A stretch of DNA of 56,060 nt from an uncultured Synechococcus sp. Its GTDB lineage: Bacteria; Cyanobacteriota; Cyanobacteriia; PCC-6307; Cyanobiaceae. Position numbers and translations under genes: made by a program. The stretch lies in assembly GCA_913052185.1 (NCBI GenBank), contig CAJXFG010000001.1, positions 1-56,060 of the forward strand, in the 5' to 3' direction. Below are positions 8,255 to 18,849 of the stretch, piece after piece (position 1 is the first letter of the stretch; every line of letters starts with the position of its first letter). The notes under the pieces are model-generated. The model was given only the letters and a program-made list of their open reading frames with translations. It made no database searches and was not told the origin of the DNA.

Positions 8255-9598
8255 ATGGCGCAATCATCTCCGCCCTCGTCCCGAGATGCTCTGCTCTCCC
8301 GACGAGTTGCTTGGGACGTTCTTGAGGCGGTTGCCGCCGGGGCTTATGCCGATGTGGCTCTGGAGCGGGCTTTGCGTCGCCGCTCTCTGGCGCCGGTCGA
8401 TCGCGCCTTTGTCACCGAGTTGTCCTACGGGGCGATTCGCTGGCGTCAGTGGCTGGATGGCTGGCTGGATCGCTTGGGCAAGGTGCCTGCCCGTAAGCAG
8501 CCACCACGTCTGCGCTGGCTGCTTCACATCGGCCTCTACCAGTTGCTGCGGATGGAGCGCATTCCTGCCTCGGCTGCCGTGAACACCACGGTGGAACTGG
8601 CCAAGCAGGGCAAGTTGGCCCGTCTGGCACCGGTGGTGAATGGACTGTTGCGTTCGGCATTGCGAGCCCGTGAGGCTGGCGAAGCGTTGGCTCTGCCTGC
8701 GGAGCCGGCGGCTGCTCTGGCCCAGGAGCAGTCGCTGCCGTTATGGCTCAGCCGTGATCTGTTTCAGTGGTGTGGACCAGAGCAGGCTGAGCGCGTTGCC
8801 AGAGCCTTCAATCAGGTTCCGCCCCTCGATCTGCGCGTGAATCGTCTGCGTTCAACGCCCGATCGTGCGGCGGCACTCTTTGCCGAACGCAGCATTGCAA
8901 CAGCTCCGATCGCCGGCTGCCCGGATGGCCTTCAGGTGCTGGAGCCCTCCGGTGATCTGCGCCAGTGGCCCGGTTTCAGCGAAGGGCACTGGTGCGTCCA
9001 GGATCGTGCGGCTCAGTGGGTGGCACCGCTGCTGGATCCTCGACCTGGCCAGCGAGTGCTGGATGCCTGTGCTGCACCAGGGGGCAAAGCCACCCATCTG
9101 GCCGAGTTGATGGGCGATGGGGGAGAGATCTGGGCTGTGGACCGCTCAGCCGGACGATTGCAACGGGTGGCTGCCAATGCGGCGCGGTTGGGCTGCAGCA
9201 GTATTCAGGCATTGGCGTGCGATGCGTCGCAGCTTGCGCAAGAGCGACCGGAGTGGAGGGGCCGATTTGACCGGATTCTTGTGGACGCACCCTGTTCAGG
9301 CCTGGGAACGTTGGCGCGCCATCCTGATGCTCGCTGGAGAGTCACCGAGGAGTCGGTGGCTCAGCTGCTGAAGCTTCAGTTCAGCCTCCTGGAAGGTCTT
9401 CGATCGCTTCTGGCCCCGGGCGGTCGACTGGTGTATGCCACCTGCACCATTCATCCTTCCGAAAACACCGATCAGATTCACGGCTGGCTGCAGGGTCACC
9501 CGGAGCTCACGCTGCACTCAGAGCAGCAGCGCTGGCCGGATCCTGCAGGAGGCGATGGTTTCTACGCCGCAGTGATCACTGCACCGGCAGTGGCCTGA
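8255..9598 (+). CDS. rsmB: 16S rRNA m5C967 methyltransferase
   Basis: NusB-like N-terminus, DACAAPGGKA, DAPCSG, YATCT. Confidence 0.95.
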   Translation: MAQSSPPSSRDALLSRRVAWDVLEAVAAGAYADVALERALRRRSLAPVDRAFVTELSYGAIRWRQWLDGWLDRLGKVPARKQPPRLRWLLHIGLYQLLRMERIPASAAVNTTVELAKQGKLARLAPVVNGLLRSALRAREAGEALALPAEPAAALAQEQSLPLWLSRDLFQWCGPEQAERVARAFNQVPPLDLRVNRLRSTPDRAAALFAERSIATAPIAGCPDGLQVLEPSGDLRQWPGFSEGHWCVQDRAAQWVAPLLDPRPGQRVLDACAAPGGKATHLAELMGDGGEIWAVDRSAGRLQRVAANAARLGCSSIQALACDASQLAQERPEWRGRFDRILVDAPCSGLGTLARHPDARWRVTEESVAQLLKLQFSLLEGLRSLLAPGGRLVYATCTIHPSENTDQIHGWLQGHPELTLHSEQQRWPDPAGGDGFYAAVITAPAVA

Positions 9599-11597
9599 AG
9601 TTTTCATCCACAGGTGGGCCACCGGGTGGAGCGATGTAGCGAGGTGGAGGGGTGGTCTGGGTGTCTGTGGGTGGTTCTTCCCCACTCAGGAAGGGCTTGT
9701 TTGCGGGATCATCGCCATTGCCAGGAGACTTGGCGTCCTCATCCTTGAAGCGGCTCTGCTTCTGAGGACCTTTGAACGGTCGGCTGAGCAGCGGTTTGGG
9801 TGGGAAGTTCTGAACGTTGTAGTTGTCCTTCACCTGGGTCATGAACTGCTTCCAGGCCCAGGCGGCTTCGCCGCTGCTGCTGTTGGTTTCGGCGTTGTTG
9901 TCGTAGCCGAACCACACAGCGGTGGTGAGCTGCGGGATTGAGCCGATGAACCACAGATCTCTGGCGCCTTCCGAGGTGCCGGTCTTGCCTGCCACCGGTC
10001 GATCGTCCAGTCGGGCTGCAGCACCCGTGCCTCCGGTCACGACCCGCTGCAGCATCCAGTTCATGGCATCGGCCACGTCGCTGTCGAGGGCCCGACGCCC
10101 CTTGTCACCATCCACACGTCTGCTCCAAAGGACGTTGCCTTCAGGGCCACGGATCTCTTCGAAGGCCATCGGTTTCACGTACATGCCGCGATTGGCGACC
10201 GCGGCATAGGCCGCGGTCATGTCGAGGACGGTCTGCTCGTAGGCCCCGATGGCCATCGGGTAGTACTTGCCGAGAGGGCGCTGGTTGCCGATGCCCAGCT
10301 TGTTTGCGGTGCTGATGATCGCGTCGAAGCCGACTTTGTCCTGCAGCTGAACGGCGACGGTGTTCAGTGAATTCTTGAGGGCGTCAGCCAGAGAAATTTT
10401 GCCGAAGTATTTGTTCTTGAAATTCTTGGGGCAGTACCCCGACCAGCAGCGGGGAGCATCCACAAAAATGTCTTCCGGTTTGACACCGGCATCGATGGCG
10501 GCGGCGTAGGGGAAAAGTTTGAAGGTGGATCCCGGTGAGCGCAGTCCCTGGGTCGCTCTGTTGAACTGGCTGTTGTTGAAGTTTTTGCCACCCACCATCA
10601 CCCGCACCAGGCCCGTGCCTGGTTCCATCGACACGATCACGCCTTCAGTGTTGAAAGGAGCAAACTTCCTCACCACTTGCTGGGCCTTCTTTTGCCAGTC
10701 GAGGTTGAGACTGGTGCGGATCTTCAGGCCTCCAACCTCCAGTTGCTCGGGGGTGAGCATGAGCGGTAGCTGCTGGGCAACCCAGCTGGTGAAGTAAGGC
10801 GCTGAGCTGTTGAAATATTTCGGGATGGCGGGTTTGAGGTTGAGCGGGCTGTTGCTTGCTTGCTCGGCTTCGCTGGCGGTGATGAAGCCAGCCTGTTGCA
10901 TCCTGTTGAGTACCAGCTCTCGCCTCTCCAGGGCCAGCTCTGGATTCACCAGCGGCGAATACACGGAGGGCGCTGGGGGAAGGCCTGCAATCAGTGCGGC
11001 CTCCTGCAGGTTGAGTTGATCCGGTGTTTTGGAGAAATACACCCAGGCTGCATCGGACAGCCCGTAGGCGCTGGCGCCCAGGTACACGTAATTCAGGTAT
11101 TGCTCGAGAATCTGCTCCTTGCTGAGCTGGCGCTCGAGCTTGTACGCCAGAGCGGCTTCCTTGAGCTTGCGCGTAATCGTTCGGTCCTGGCTCAGGAACA
11201 CCGTTCGAGCCAGTTGCTGGGTGATTGTGCTGGCACCCTCCCGGACGGCTCCCTGGCGCACGTTGCGCACCAGAGCCCTGCCGATGCCCCAGAGATCAAC
11301 GCCGTTGTGCTCATAGAAGCGTCGGTCTTCCGCTGCAATGAAGGCCTGCTTCACCAACAGAGGCATCTCCCCAGGCTGGATCTTTTCGCGGGTGGCTGGT
11401 CCCAGCTTCTGGATCACGGCCCCATTGCTGTCCAGCAGTGTGATCGTCCCAGGTCTGCTGAAACGGCTGATGCCGCGAGCATCGGGGAGCGTGGCGTCGA
11501 ATGCTCGCACCAGAGCGGATTGCGCCAGGGCCACACCACTGCCGATCACCACGGCTGAACCGCCGATCAGGATCCAGTGACGACGGGTGCGGATCAC
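9576..11597 (-). CDS. Class A penicillin-binding protein (PBP1A family)
   Basis: EDRRFYEH, GASTITQQL, SxxK (STFK), SxN (SLN), KTG. Confidence 0.95.
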   Translation of the reverse strand: MIRTRRHWILIGGSAVVIGSGVALAQSALVRAFDATLPDARGISRFSRPGTITLLDSNGAVIQKLGPATREKIQPGEMPLLVKQAFIAAEDRRFYEHNGVDLWGIGRALVRNVRQGAVREGASTITQQLARTVFLSQDRTITRKLKEAALAYKLERQLSKEQILEQYLNYVYLGASAYGLSDAAWVYFSKTPDQLNLQEAALIAGLPPAPSVYSPLVNPELALERRELVLNRMQQAGFITASEAEQASNSPLNLKPAIPKYFNSSAPYFTSWVAQQLPLMLTPEQLEVGGLKIRTSLNLDWQKKAQQVVRKFAPFNTEGVIVSMEPGTGLVRVMVGGKNFNNSQFNRATQGLRSPGSTFKLFPYAAAIDAGVKPEDIFVDAPRCWSGYCPKNFKNKYFGKISLADALKNSLNTVAVQLQDKVGFDAIISTANKLGIGNQRPLGKYYPMAIGAYEQTVLDMTAAYAAVANRGMYVKPMAFEEIRGPEGNVLWSRRVDGDKGRRALDSDVADAMNWMLQRVVTGGTGAAARLDDRPVAGKTGTSEGARDLWFIGSIPQLTTAVWFGYDNNAETNSSSGEAAWAWKQFMTQVKDNYNVQNFPPKPLLSRPFKGPQKQSRFKDEDAKSPGNGDDPANKPFLSGEEPPTDTQTTPPPRYIAPPGGPPVDENFRPLPVQ

Positions 11598-12547
11598 ATG
11601 CCTTGGGTCAGGGGGCTGTGGCCAACCGCGAGAGCGGTGACCAGCATGCCGAGCACCAGAAAGGGCTGAGCACTCGCCTGGTACTTCACGTCGTAGGCCA
11701 CTGGATCGCGGAGCAGCCAGATGTCCTGGAAGGTGATCTGGGGCACGATCAGCAGCACGAGAAGAACAGCAGCGAAATGCTGCCCGATCGCGATCAGCAC
11801 CGCAACCATCAGGAGCTGAAAGACATCGATCATTCCAGCGCTGATCCAGCTTGCGGGGCCAATCCCGAATGCAACTGGAAGTGACTGAAGCCCAAGGGCT
11901 CGGTCGCCTTCAACGCTCTTGAAGTCATTGACCACGGCAATCCCCAGCCCGGCGAGGCTGTAGGCCAGCGTGAGCAGCGCCGTCGCCCAGGTGAGCTGGC
12001 CGAACAGTGCCTGGCCGGCCCACCAGGGAAGGGCGATGTAGCTCGCACCGAGTGCGTAGTTGCCCAGCCAGCCGTTCTGTTTGAGCTTGAGGGGAGGCGC
12101 GGAATAGATGTAACTGACAAGTGATCCGCCCAGCGCCAGCAGGAAAAGCACAGGGGTTGTGTGCTGCGCCCATTGGTCGAGCCCCCAGGCCACAGCCAGA
12201 CCGCTCAGCAGCAACACCCAGATCTGCAGCCTGACCTGTCCCAGCGAGATCGCGCCTGAGGGGATCGGCCGGTAAGGCTCGTTGATCGCGTCGATCTCGC
12301 GGTCGTAGTAGTCATTGATGGTCTGGGTGTACCCCGCCAGCAGAGGGCCACTCATCAGCATGCAAGCGATGGCGGCGAGCACGTGATCCAACCGCCATTG
12401 GTAATGCCCGCTTGCCGCTGCGCCACACACCACCCCCCAGATCAGTGGGATCCAGGTGACCGGCTTCATCAACTGCAGACGCAGTTTCCAGATGTTTGAG
12501 GTGCCGCTGGCACCCTTCATGCCGAGCAGCTGACGGGCGTCACTCAC
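11594..12547 (-). CDS. chlG: Chlorophyll synthase
   Basis: KPVTWIPLIWG, NDYYDREIDAINEPYRPIPSG, NDFKSVEGD. Confidence 0.97.
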   Translation of the reverse strand: MSDARQLLGMKGASGTSNIWKLRLQLMKPVTWIPLIWGVVCGAAASGHYQWRLDHVLAAIACMLMSGPLLAGYTQTINDYYDREIDAINEPYRPIPSGAISLGQVRLQIWVLLLSGLAVAWGLDQWAQHTTPVLFLLALGGSLVSYIYSAPPLKLKQNGWLGNYALGASYIALPWWAGQALFGQLTWATALLTLAYSLAGLGIAVVNDFKSVEGDRALGLQSLPVAFGIGPASWISAGMIDVFQLLMVAVLIAIGQHFAAVLLVLLIVPQITFQDIWLLRDPVAYDVKYQASAQPFLVLGMLVTALAVGHSPLTQGM

Positions 12548-12558
12548 GGAATCAGGCC

Positions 12559-12831
12559 TCAGGCAGCGACGATTTCGTCTTCAAAGAACCAGGAGCTGGA
12601 ACCGTCGCTCAATTCGACAACCACTCCGATGCCTTTGCCGTCAACGGTGCGGAATTCAGTGACGGTGCCAAAGGCATCACTTTTCAACAGGTCAACCATG
12701 CCCTGAGGAATGCGATCACGAACGCGGGTCACCCGAACCTTGCTGCCGACTTCAATTGACTCGAGTTTCGGCGTTGGCAGAGGTTCTGAGCCGGTTAATC
12801 GTTTGATCAGATTGAGAATATTTCCCAGCAT
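12559..12831 (-). CDS. petP: DUF2862 / cytochrome b6f subunit PetP
   Basis: SH3-like VGSKVRVTRVRDRIP...VDGKGIGVVVEL...WFFEDEI. Confidence 0.8.
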   Translation of the reverse strand: MLGNILNLIKRLTGSEPLPTPKLESIEVGSKVRVTRVRDRIPQGMVDLLKSDAFGTVTEFRTVDGKGIGVVVELSDGSSSWFFEDEIVAA

Positions 12832-12884
12832 GACCTGCAAGGCTTGGAAAGAAATCGCACCTTAACAGCCGTGTATCGAATGCC

Positions 12885-13664
12885 ATGGTCGCCCTGCGCT
12901 TGATTCCCTGCCTTGATGTCGCCAAGGGGCGCGTGGTGAAGGGAGTGAATTTCGTGGGACTTCGCGATGCAGGAGATCCCGTTGAACTGGCCTGCCGCTA
13001 CAGCCAGGCTGGCGCTGATGAACTCGTGTTTCTTGATATCGCAGCCAGTCACGAGGGCAGAGCCACTCTTGTTGACATGGTGCGACGAACATCGGATCAG
13101 GTCACCATTCCGTTCACGGTGGGTGGGGGCATCGCCTCTGTGGAAGGCATCACCGAACTGTTGCGGGCCGGAGCTGACAAGGTCAGCCTCAACTCGTCAG
13201 CGGTAAGAAGGCCGGAGCTGGTGAAGGAGGGAGCGGATCGTTTCGGCTGTCAGTGCATCGTGGTGGCCATTGATGCGCGCCGCCGCGAGGCAGGTGGCTG
13301 GGATGTGTATGTCAAAGGCGGACGGGAGAACACAGGCCTTGATGTGATCGCCTGGGCGCGACGTGTGGCCGAACTCGGAGCGGGAGAAATCCTGCTCACA
13401 TCCATGGATGGTGATGGCACCCAGGCGGGCTATGACCTTGAGCTCACACGGGCGGTGGCTCAGGCCGTGCCGGTGCCTGTGATCGCCTCTGGAGGCGCGG
13501 GCTGCCTGGATCACATCGCAGCGGCTCTCGATGACGGCCCTGATGGAGGACAGGCCTCCGCTGCTTTGCTGGCATCTTTGCTTCACGACGGTGTCCTCAC
13601 CGTTGAGGCCATCAAGGTGGATTTGCTGCGTCGCGGCCTGACCATCAGGCCCCTGGAGGCTTGA
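12885..13664 (+). CDS. hisF: Imidazole glycerol phosphate synthase cyclase subunit
   Basis: [27 protein letters not shown]. Confidence 0.97.
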   Translation: MVALRLIPCLDVAKGRVVKGVNFVGLRDAGDPVELACRYSQAGADELVFLDIAASHEGRATLVDMVRRTSDQVTIPFTVGGGIASVEGITELLRAGADKVSLNSSAVRRPELVKEGADRFGCQCIVVAIDARRREAGGWDVYVKGGRENTGLDVIAWARRVAELGAGEILLTSMDGDGTQAGYDLELTRAVAQAVPVPVIASGGAGCLDHIAAALDDGPDGGQASAALLASLLHDGVLTVEAIKVDLLRRGLTIRPLEA

Positions 13665-13712
13665 CTTCTCTTTAATGTGTGAAGAACTGTTCCGCTTGTT
13701 CGAAGACTTTCA

Positions 13713-13970
13713 GTGCGCCTCCTGCTGTCCACGATTGAGGTCTTAACGGTTCCTTCCGGTCAGCCGTTGATCCCCAGTGGCTGGGTGTTGCCTCTCGGGG
13801 TTGTGCTGGTGTTCGTGGTGATCACCCTTGTGGCGTGGGCGCTGCAATTGATGCAGGCCGCCATGGATCAGGGCGAGTTCTCGCTGATGCTCGCTGGCTG
13901 CATGGTGTGTTCAGCCGCTGTCGGACTCGCCACCGTGATGGTCATGACATTGAGCGGCCTGCCACTTTGA
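13713..13970 (+). CDS. Hypothetical small membrane protein
   Basis: Two hydrophobic segments; stop overlaps the ubiE start. Confidence 0.7.
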   Translation: MRLLLSTIEVLTVPSGQPLIPSGWVLPLGVVLVFVVITLVAWALQLMQAAMDQGEFSLMLAGCMVCSAAVGLATVMVMTLSGLPL

Positions 13971-14668
13971 AACCCGGCGATGCTGACGCTGTTGAACAGC
14001 TGTTCAACGATGCTGCGCCCAGTTACGACAGGCTGAACGACTGGCTCAGCCTCGGCTTGCATCGTCAATGGAAGCGGCAGATGGTTCTCCAGCTGTCGCC
14101 GCAGCCAGGTGAACAATGGCTGGACCTCTGTTGCGGTACCGGTGATCTGGCCCTGACCGTTGCACGCCGATTGCGCCCCAATGGCGGAGTGGTGGGTGTG
14201 GATGCTGCCGCTGCACCGTTGGCGATCGCGGCGCAACGGTCTGCGCGTGAGCCCTGGCTTCCAGTGCGCTGGCAACAGGGCGATGCTCTGAATCTGGACA
14301 TGCCGGATGGCTTTGCCGATGGGGCTTTGATGGCCTATGGGTTGCGCAATCTGGCGGACCCTGCAGCTGGGCTCAGGGAGCTTCGGCGCGTGCTGCGAGC
14401 TGGAGGCCGCGCCGGCCTGCTGGATTTCAATCGCCTGCCTGCTGGCAGCCCCGCGGCTTTGTTCCAACAGACCTACCTGCGCAGAGTGGTGGTGCCTGTT
14501 GCTGCGCGATCCGGGCTTGCCGATCACTACGCCTATCTCGAGGAGAGCCTCAAACGTTTCCCTGATGGAGCTGCCCAGCGGCAGCTCGCTCTCGATGCCG
14601 GCTTTCAGCAGGCCTGTCATCGCCCGCTTGCGGCAGGCCTGATGGGCTTGCTGATCGTTCAGGCATAG
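13967..14668 (+). CDS. ubiE: UbiE/MenG quinone methyltransferase
   Basis: YDRLNDWLSLGLH, LDLCCGTGD, YGLRN; TTG start. Confidence 0.9.
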   Translation: MKPGDADAVEQLFNDAAPSYDRLNDWLSLGLHRQWKRQMVLQLSPQPGEQWLDLCCGTGDLALTVARRLRPNGGVVGVDAAAAPLAIAAQRSAREPWLPVRWQQGDALNLDMPDGFADGALMAYGLRNLADPAAGLRELRRVLRAGGRAGLLDFNRLPAGSPAALFQQTYLRRVVVPVAARSGLADHYAYLEESLKRFPDGAAQRQLALDAGFQQACHRPLAAGLMGLLIVQA

Positions 14669-14753
14669 AAGTTCATCCGCTGTTGCACCTCGCTTGCGAC
14701 AGGTGAGACCGATGAACTATGAAGGAATGATTAAGAAGCAGGGGGAGAAACGC

Positions 14754-15101
14754 ATGGCCTTTCCGTTGCCATCTCTGCTGCCCTCCATCGAGGATCTGCT
14801 GGATGAAGTCCAGTGGCTGGACGGAATGATCCTGGTCACTGATTCGCAGAAAGCCACCTTCGTTTCGTTCTCCCAGGTTGATCCTGTTCTGCGCCGTCTG
14901 CGCTCTCGCCCGAGAGGCGCTGAGGTGGCCGAAAAGCTCTGTATGTCGCTGCTGGAGACCCATGGCAAGGGGGCCAGCAAGCCTGTGCTGGTGTTTCAGG
15001 GAGACGGCAGTTTCTGGTTAGGGACCATGGGTCCGGGGCGCAGTCATCCCCACCGTCATCACGCCATTGCCCATCTGCACCGTTGTCTCTCCCTGAGCTG
15101 A
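14754..15101 (+). CDS. Hypothetical protein
   Basis: 115-aa ORF co-oriented between ubiE and glyQ; His-rich C-terminus; alternative ATG at 14712. Confidence 0.7.
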   Translation: MAFPLPSLLPSIEDLLDEVQWLDGMILVTDSQKATFVSFSQVDPVLRRLRSRPRGAEVAEKLCMSLLETHGKGASKPVLVFQGDGSFWLGTMGPGRSHPHRHHAIAHLHRCLSLS

Positions 15102-15158
15102 CTTGTCGAGGGGGAGTGCTCTGAGGAGAGAATGCTCCGCATTGGTTCCAGCGCACGG

Positions 15159-16046
15159 ATGCATTTCCAGGACATCATCAGCACTCTCAACCGCTTCTGG
15201 TCGGAGCAGGGGTGTCTCCTGCTGCAGCCGTACGACACGGAAAAGGGCGCTGGAACGATGAGTCCGCACACGGTGCTGAGGGCCATTGGCCCTGAGCCCT
15301 GGGCGGTGGCCTATCCCGAGCCCTGTCGCCGTCCCACCGATGGTCGCTACGGCGACAATCCCAATCGGGCACAGCACTATTTCCAATATCAGGTGTTGAT
15401 CAAGCCCTCCCCGGATGGCATTCAGGAGACCTACCTCGCCTCATTGGAAGCGATGGGGATTCGTGCTGCTGATCACGACATCCGCTTTGTGGAAGACAAC
15501 TGGGAGTCACCGACGCTCGGCGCCTGGGGCGTGGGCTGGGAGGTGTGGCTGGATGGCATGGAGGTGACCCAGTTCACCTATTTCCAGCAGTGCGGCGGCA
15601 TCGACTGCAAGCCGGTGTCGATTGAGATCACTTACGGGCTTGAGCGTCTGGCGATGTATCTGCAGGACGTGGAAAGCATCTGGGATCTCAGCTGGAATGC
15701 CGAGCGCAGCTATGGCGATATCTGGCTTCCTTTTGAGAAAGGACAGTGCCACTTCAACTTCGAGGCTTCGAACCCTGAGCGCCTCAAGCAGTTGTTCGCG
15801 ATTTATGAAGCCGAAGCAGCCGATCTCATTGAGAAGAATCTGCCTGCGCCCGCCCTCGATTTCGTGCTCAAGTGCAGCCACACGTTCAATCTCCTGGAAG
15901 CCCGTGGGGTGATCTCGGTCACGGAGCGCACGGCCACCATCGGCCGCATCCGCAATCTGGCGCGCAAGGTTGCCGAAGCCTGGCTCGCAGAAAGGGAAGC
16001 GCTCGGTTTCCCGCTGCTTCAGCAACCCGCGGCAGCAGCGGCCTGA
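15159..16046 (+). CDS. glyQ: Glycine-tRNA ligase alpha subunit
   Basis: [30 protein letters not shown]. Confidence 0.97.
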   Translation: MHFQDIISTLNRFWSEQGCLLLQPYDTEKGAGTMSPHTVLRAIGPEPWAVAYPEPCRRPTDGRYGDNPNRAQHYFQYQVLIKPSPDGIQETYLASLEAMGIRAADHDIRFVEDNWESPTLGAWGVGWEVWLDGMEVTQFTYFQQCGGIDCKPVSIEITYGLERLAMYLQDVESIWDLSWNAERSYGDIWLPFEKGQCHFNFEASNPERLKQLFAIYEAEAADLIEKNLPAPALDFVLKCSHTFNLLEARGVISVTERTATIGRIRNLARKVAEAWLAEREALGFPLLQQPAAAAA

Positions 16047-16085
16047 GCGCAGGGGGAATCCTCCCAACAACCTGCAGCTTGGTGA

Positions 16086-18008
16086 ATGAAACCGGTTCTC
16101 AGTGCCGGGTTCTTGCTGCTGTTGGCCTGCATGGGCGCGGCCTGCGTGCGGTCCTCCATGCAGTGGCTGAGCCTGGTGGTGCTGCTGGTTTTGGGGCTGG
16201 GGCTTTGGGGTCGAGCGCAGGATTGGTCGCCAAAGGGAATGGTTTCCCTCGCGTTGATGCTCTGCCTGGTCACTGCTCGCTGTGGAACTGGGGCCATGCC
16301 CCAGCCTCAGCCAGGTGATCCCAGCCTGTTCATTCCTCTTGATGGTGCGCCACTCATGGTGCGCTTGGTGGGCCGCATTCACGCTGACGGTGCTGTGACC
16401 AACGGTCGCTGCCGGTCTCTGCTGGACGTCAGCAGCCTCAATGGCCAGTTCAGTCGAGGCCGAACGGAGCTCACCCTCGACCCGTGCACAACCCCGTTAT
16501 TGACTGGGTCTTGGCTTGAGCTTGAGGGAGAACTGCGTCGTCCACAATCTGCGTCGCACCCGCTGCTGCCTGATCATGCGAAGCGATTGGCACTGCAAGG
16601 GAGCTGGAGTCGGCTCAGCACCGATGCCATCAAGTTGTTGCGGCAGGACTGGACGCCCCTGGCCGCTGCGCGACGCAGGATCGCGCAGCGTTTCATCGAT
16701 GCTGCAGGGGCGCGTGAAGGTGGTTTCCTCGCGGCTCTGGTGCTGGGAGGTTCCCAGGTCTCATTGCCGCAAAGCCTTCGTGATGCATTTCGGGTGGCAG
16801 GTCTCTCCCATGCCCTTGCAGCTTCAGGGTTTCATCTGTCTGTGCTGCTGGGCAGTGCAATGGTCTGCACCAGGAGGTTGCCTGCGGTCTTGAGACTGGC
16901 TTCAGGCAGTGGTGCCATGGCGCTGTTTCTCGCTCTCGCTGGAGTGCAGCCATCTGTCGTGCGCGCGGTGTTGATGGGTGCGGCGGCACTGTTGATTGGT
17001 GAGAGCGGGCACCGCAGTCGTCCACTGGGGGTGCTCCTGGTCACTCTGGTGCTCATGCTGCTGGTGCATCCAGCCTGGGGGCGTTCCGTCGGTTTTCAGC
17101 TCAGCGCAGCGGCGACGGCGGGCCTCGTGATTTCGGCAGGGCCCCTGGAACAGTGGATCGTGCAGCACCTGCCTTGCCCATGGCACCGGTTGGGTCCGGC
17201 GCTTTCGATTCCACTTGCTGCTTTGTTCTGGACGCTGCCGCTGCAATTGCTTCATTTCGGTGCAGCGCCGCTTTACGCCGTTCTCAGCAACTTGCTGGCA
17301 GCTCCATTGCTGGCACCACTCACCCTGGCTGCCATGGTTCTGGCTGTGATGGTGCTGTTGCTGCCCGTGGCGCTGACGTCTGCTCTGCTGCCCTGGTTGA
17401 TCTGGCCTGTGCAGCAGTTGTGTGGGCTGCTGATCACTTTGGTGCACTGGATCAGTCAGTGGCCATGGGCTCAGCTGCTCACAGGACCGGTGCATCCTCT
17501 GTTGGTTCTGGCATTTGCGCTGGGGCTGCTCCCCTGGCTGTTGTTTGCTTCATCGCGCTGGCGTGGCCTCTCGATGCTGTTGCTTGGTTTTGTGGCGTGT
17601 GCTCAGGTTGGTTATCAGCTCCGCGACGACCTGGTTCGCGTGGATCACTGGGGACGCCAGTGGCTGGTGCTGCGTCATCGCGGCCGTGCGGCCATGGTGA
17701 GCAGCCATGGCGATGCAGTCAGTTGCCAAGGTGCAAAGCGTCTGAGTCATGGCCTTGGCCATCGACGTCTTGACTGGATCGCTGTTCTTGATCCGATGGG
17801 CGTCGATCAGCAATCCTGTTGGGCTGCGCTGGCGCACACCCTTCAAGCGGAACAGCGGGGACGGTTGCCGCTCATGCCAGGGCAGCGTCTGCAGAGCGAT
17901 GGCCTCAGTCTTGAGGTCGCTGACCACAGGGGCCGAATCCTCGGTGTCCGCTTTGGTAGCCAAAGCCGACGACTGCGCCGCAGAGATCTTCGCCCTCAAT
18001 CCGGTTGA
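16086..18008 (+). CDS. comEC: ComEC/Rec2 DNA-uptake channel family protein
   Basis: GLSHALAASGFH, SVVRAVLM, GFQLSAAAT. Confidence 0.9.
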   Translation: MKPVLSAGFLLLLACMGAACVRSSMQWLSLVVLLVLGLGLWGRAQDWSPKGMVSLALMLCLVTARCGTGAMPQPQPGDPSLFIPLDGAPLMVRLVGRIHADGAVTNGRCRSLLDVSSLNGQFSRGRTELTLDPCTTPLLTGSWLELEGELRRPQSASHPLLPDHAKRLALQGSWSRLSTDAIKLLRQDWTPLAAARRRIAQRFIDAAGAREGGFLAALVLGGSQVSLPQSLRDAFRVAGLSHALAASGFHLSVLLGSAMVCTRRLPAVLRLASGSGAMALFLALAGVQPSVVRAVLMGAAALLIGESGHRSRPLGVLLVTLVLMLLVHPAWGRSVGFQLSAAATAGLVISAGPLEQWIVQHLPCPWHRLGPALSIPLAALFWTLPLQLLHFGAAPLYAVLSNLLAAPLLAPLTLAAMVLAVMVLLLPVALTSALLPWLIWPVQQLCGLLITLVHWISQWPWAQLLTGPVHPLLVLAFALGLLPWLLFASSRWRGLSMLLLGFVACAQVGYQLRDDLVRVDHWGRQWLVLRHRGRAAMVSSHGDAVSCQGAKRLSHGLGHRRLDWIAVLDPMGVDQQSCWAALAHTLQAEQRGRLPLMPGQRLQSDGLSLEVADHRGRILGVRFGSQSRRLRRRDLRPQSG

Positions 18009-18063
18009 GTGTCCAAGTTGGGAGATGTCCGCCTACTAAGCTGGGGTTGCGCTTTTAGCGCTG

Positions 18064-18150
18064 GGAGAGGTGGCAGAGTCCGGTTGAATGCGCACGACTC
18101 GAAATCGTGTAGGGGTAACACCCTCGTGGGTTCGAATCCCACCCTCTCCG
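18064..18150 (+). tRNA. tRNA-Ser(CGA)
   Basis: GGAGAGG/CCTCTCC acceptor stem, anticodon arm CACGA-CTCGAAA-TCGTG, long variable arm, GGTTCGAATCC. Confidence 0.97.
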
Positions 18151-18438
18151 TTTTTGATCAAGATCGAAGGAATTTCGACTTTTCTAGGACGCCGATTGGT
18201 TGTTGCTTTCGGAGGTCAACGCATGTTGTTCTTTGCTGATTCAAGGCTTCGGACAAAGGCTATTAAAGGTGAGAATTGTCTCCTGGGTTGTTGTGCATCT
18301 GAATGATTGATTTGGCTTTGAAGAGCCGTTATCCACTGTTTTGGTGTGGTTGAAGGCCGTTGATCTTTGACGCATTGAGAAGTCAATCAGCCTTGAATCT
18401 TGGAGATGTGCTTGACACCGATGCGTTCAAGATTGCAT

Positions 18439-18696
18439 TTATGAATGAAACAGCAGCACAAGGCCATCGCTGACCTGGTGAAACTCACGTTCCTCTCGGC
18501 TGAGATCCAGGCCGACTTCCAAGCCTTCTGTGACGGCTTGGTCAAAGGGCGGAGTGCTCGGGGTCTCGTCTCCTTGCCAGAGAGCGGCAATCCCTACAGC
18601 AGTGGCATGCCAGTGGAAATGGGGGGTCTCGCCAATGGAGGCCTCTTTGAGCGCTTCTTCGAGAAGGCCGTTGAGAGCAGTGCTGGTGAATGCCAT
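18439..18696 (-). CDS. Hypothetical protein (85 aa)
   Basis: ATG-TAA ORF with acidic, globular-like composition. Confidence 0.7.
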   Translation of the reverse strand: MAFTSTALNGLLEEALKEASIGETPHFHWHATAVGIAALWQGDETPSTPPFDQAVTEGLEVGLDLSREEREFHQVSDGLVLLFHS

Positions 18697-18849
18697 TCCC
18701 CAAGCTTCGGGACAGGGGCGTAGCTAGGCAATCGCCTGAGAGACTTCTTGATCAATCTGTCGCGCGATGAGACACGTTTGGATCTTGGGTCATAGACGTC
18801 GCTGGCTCTGTGCCGTTGCGGTTACTGGCCTGTTCATGCTGACGAATGC

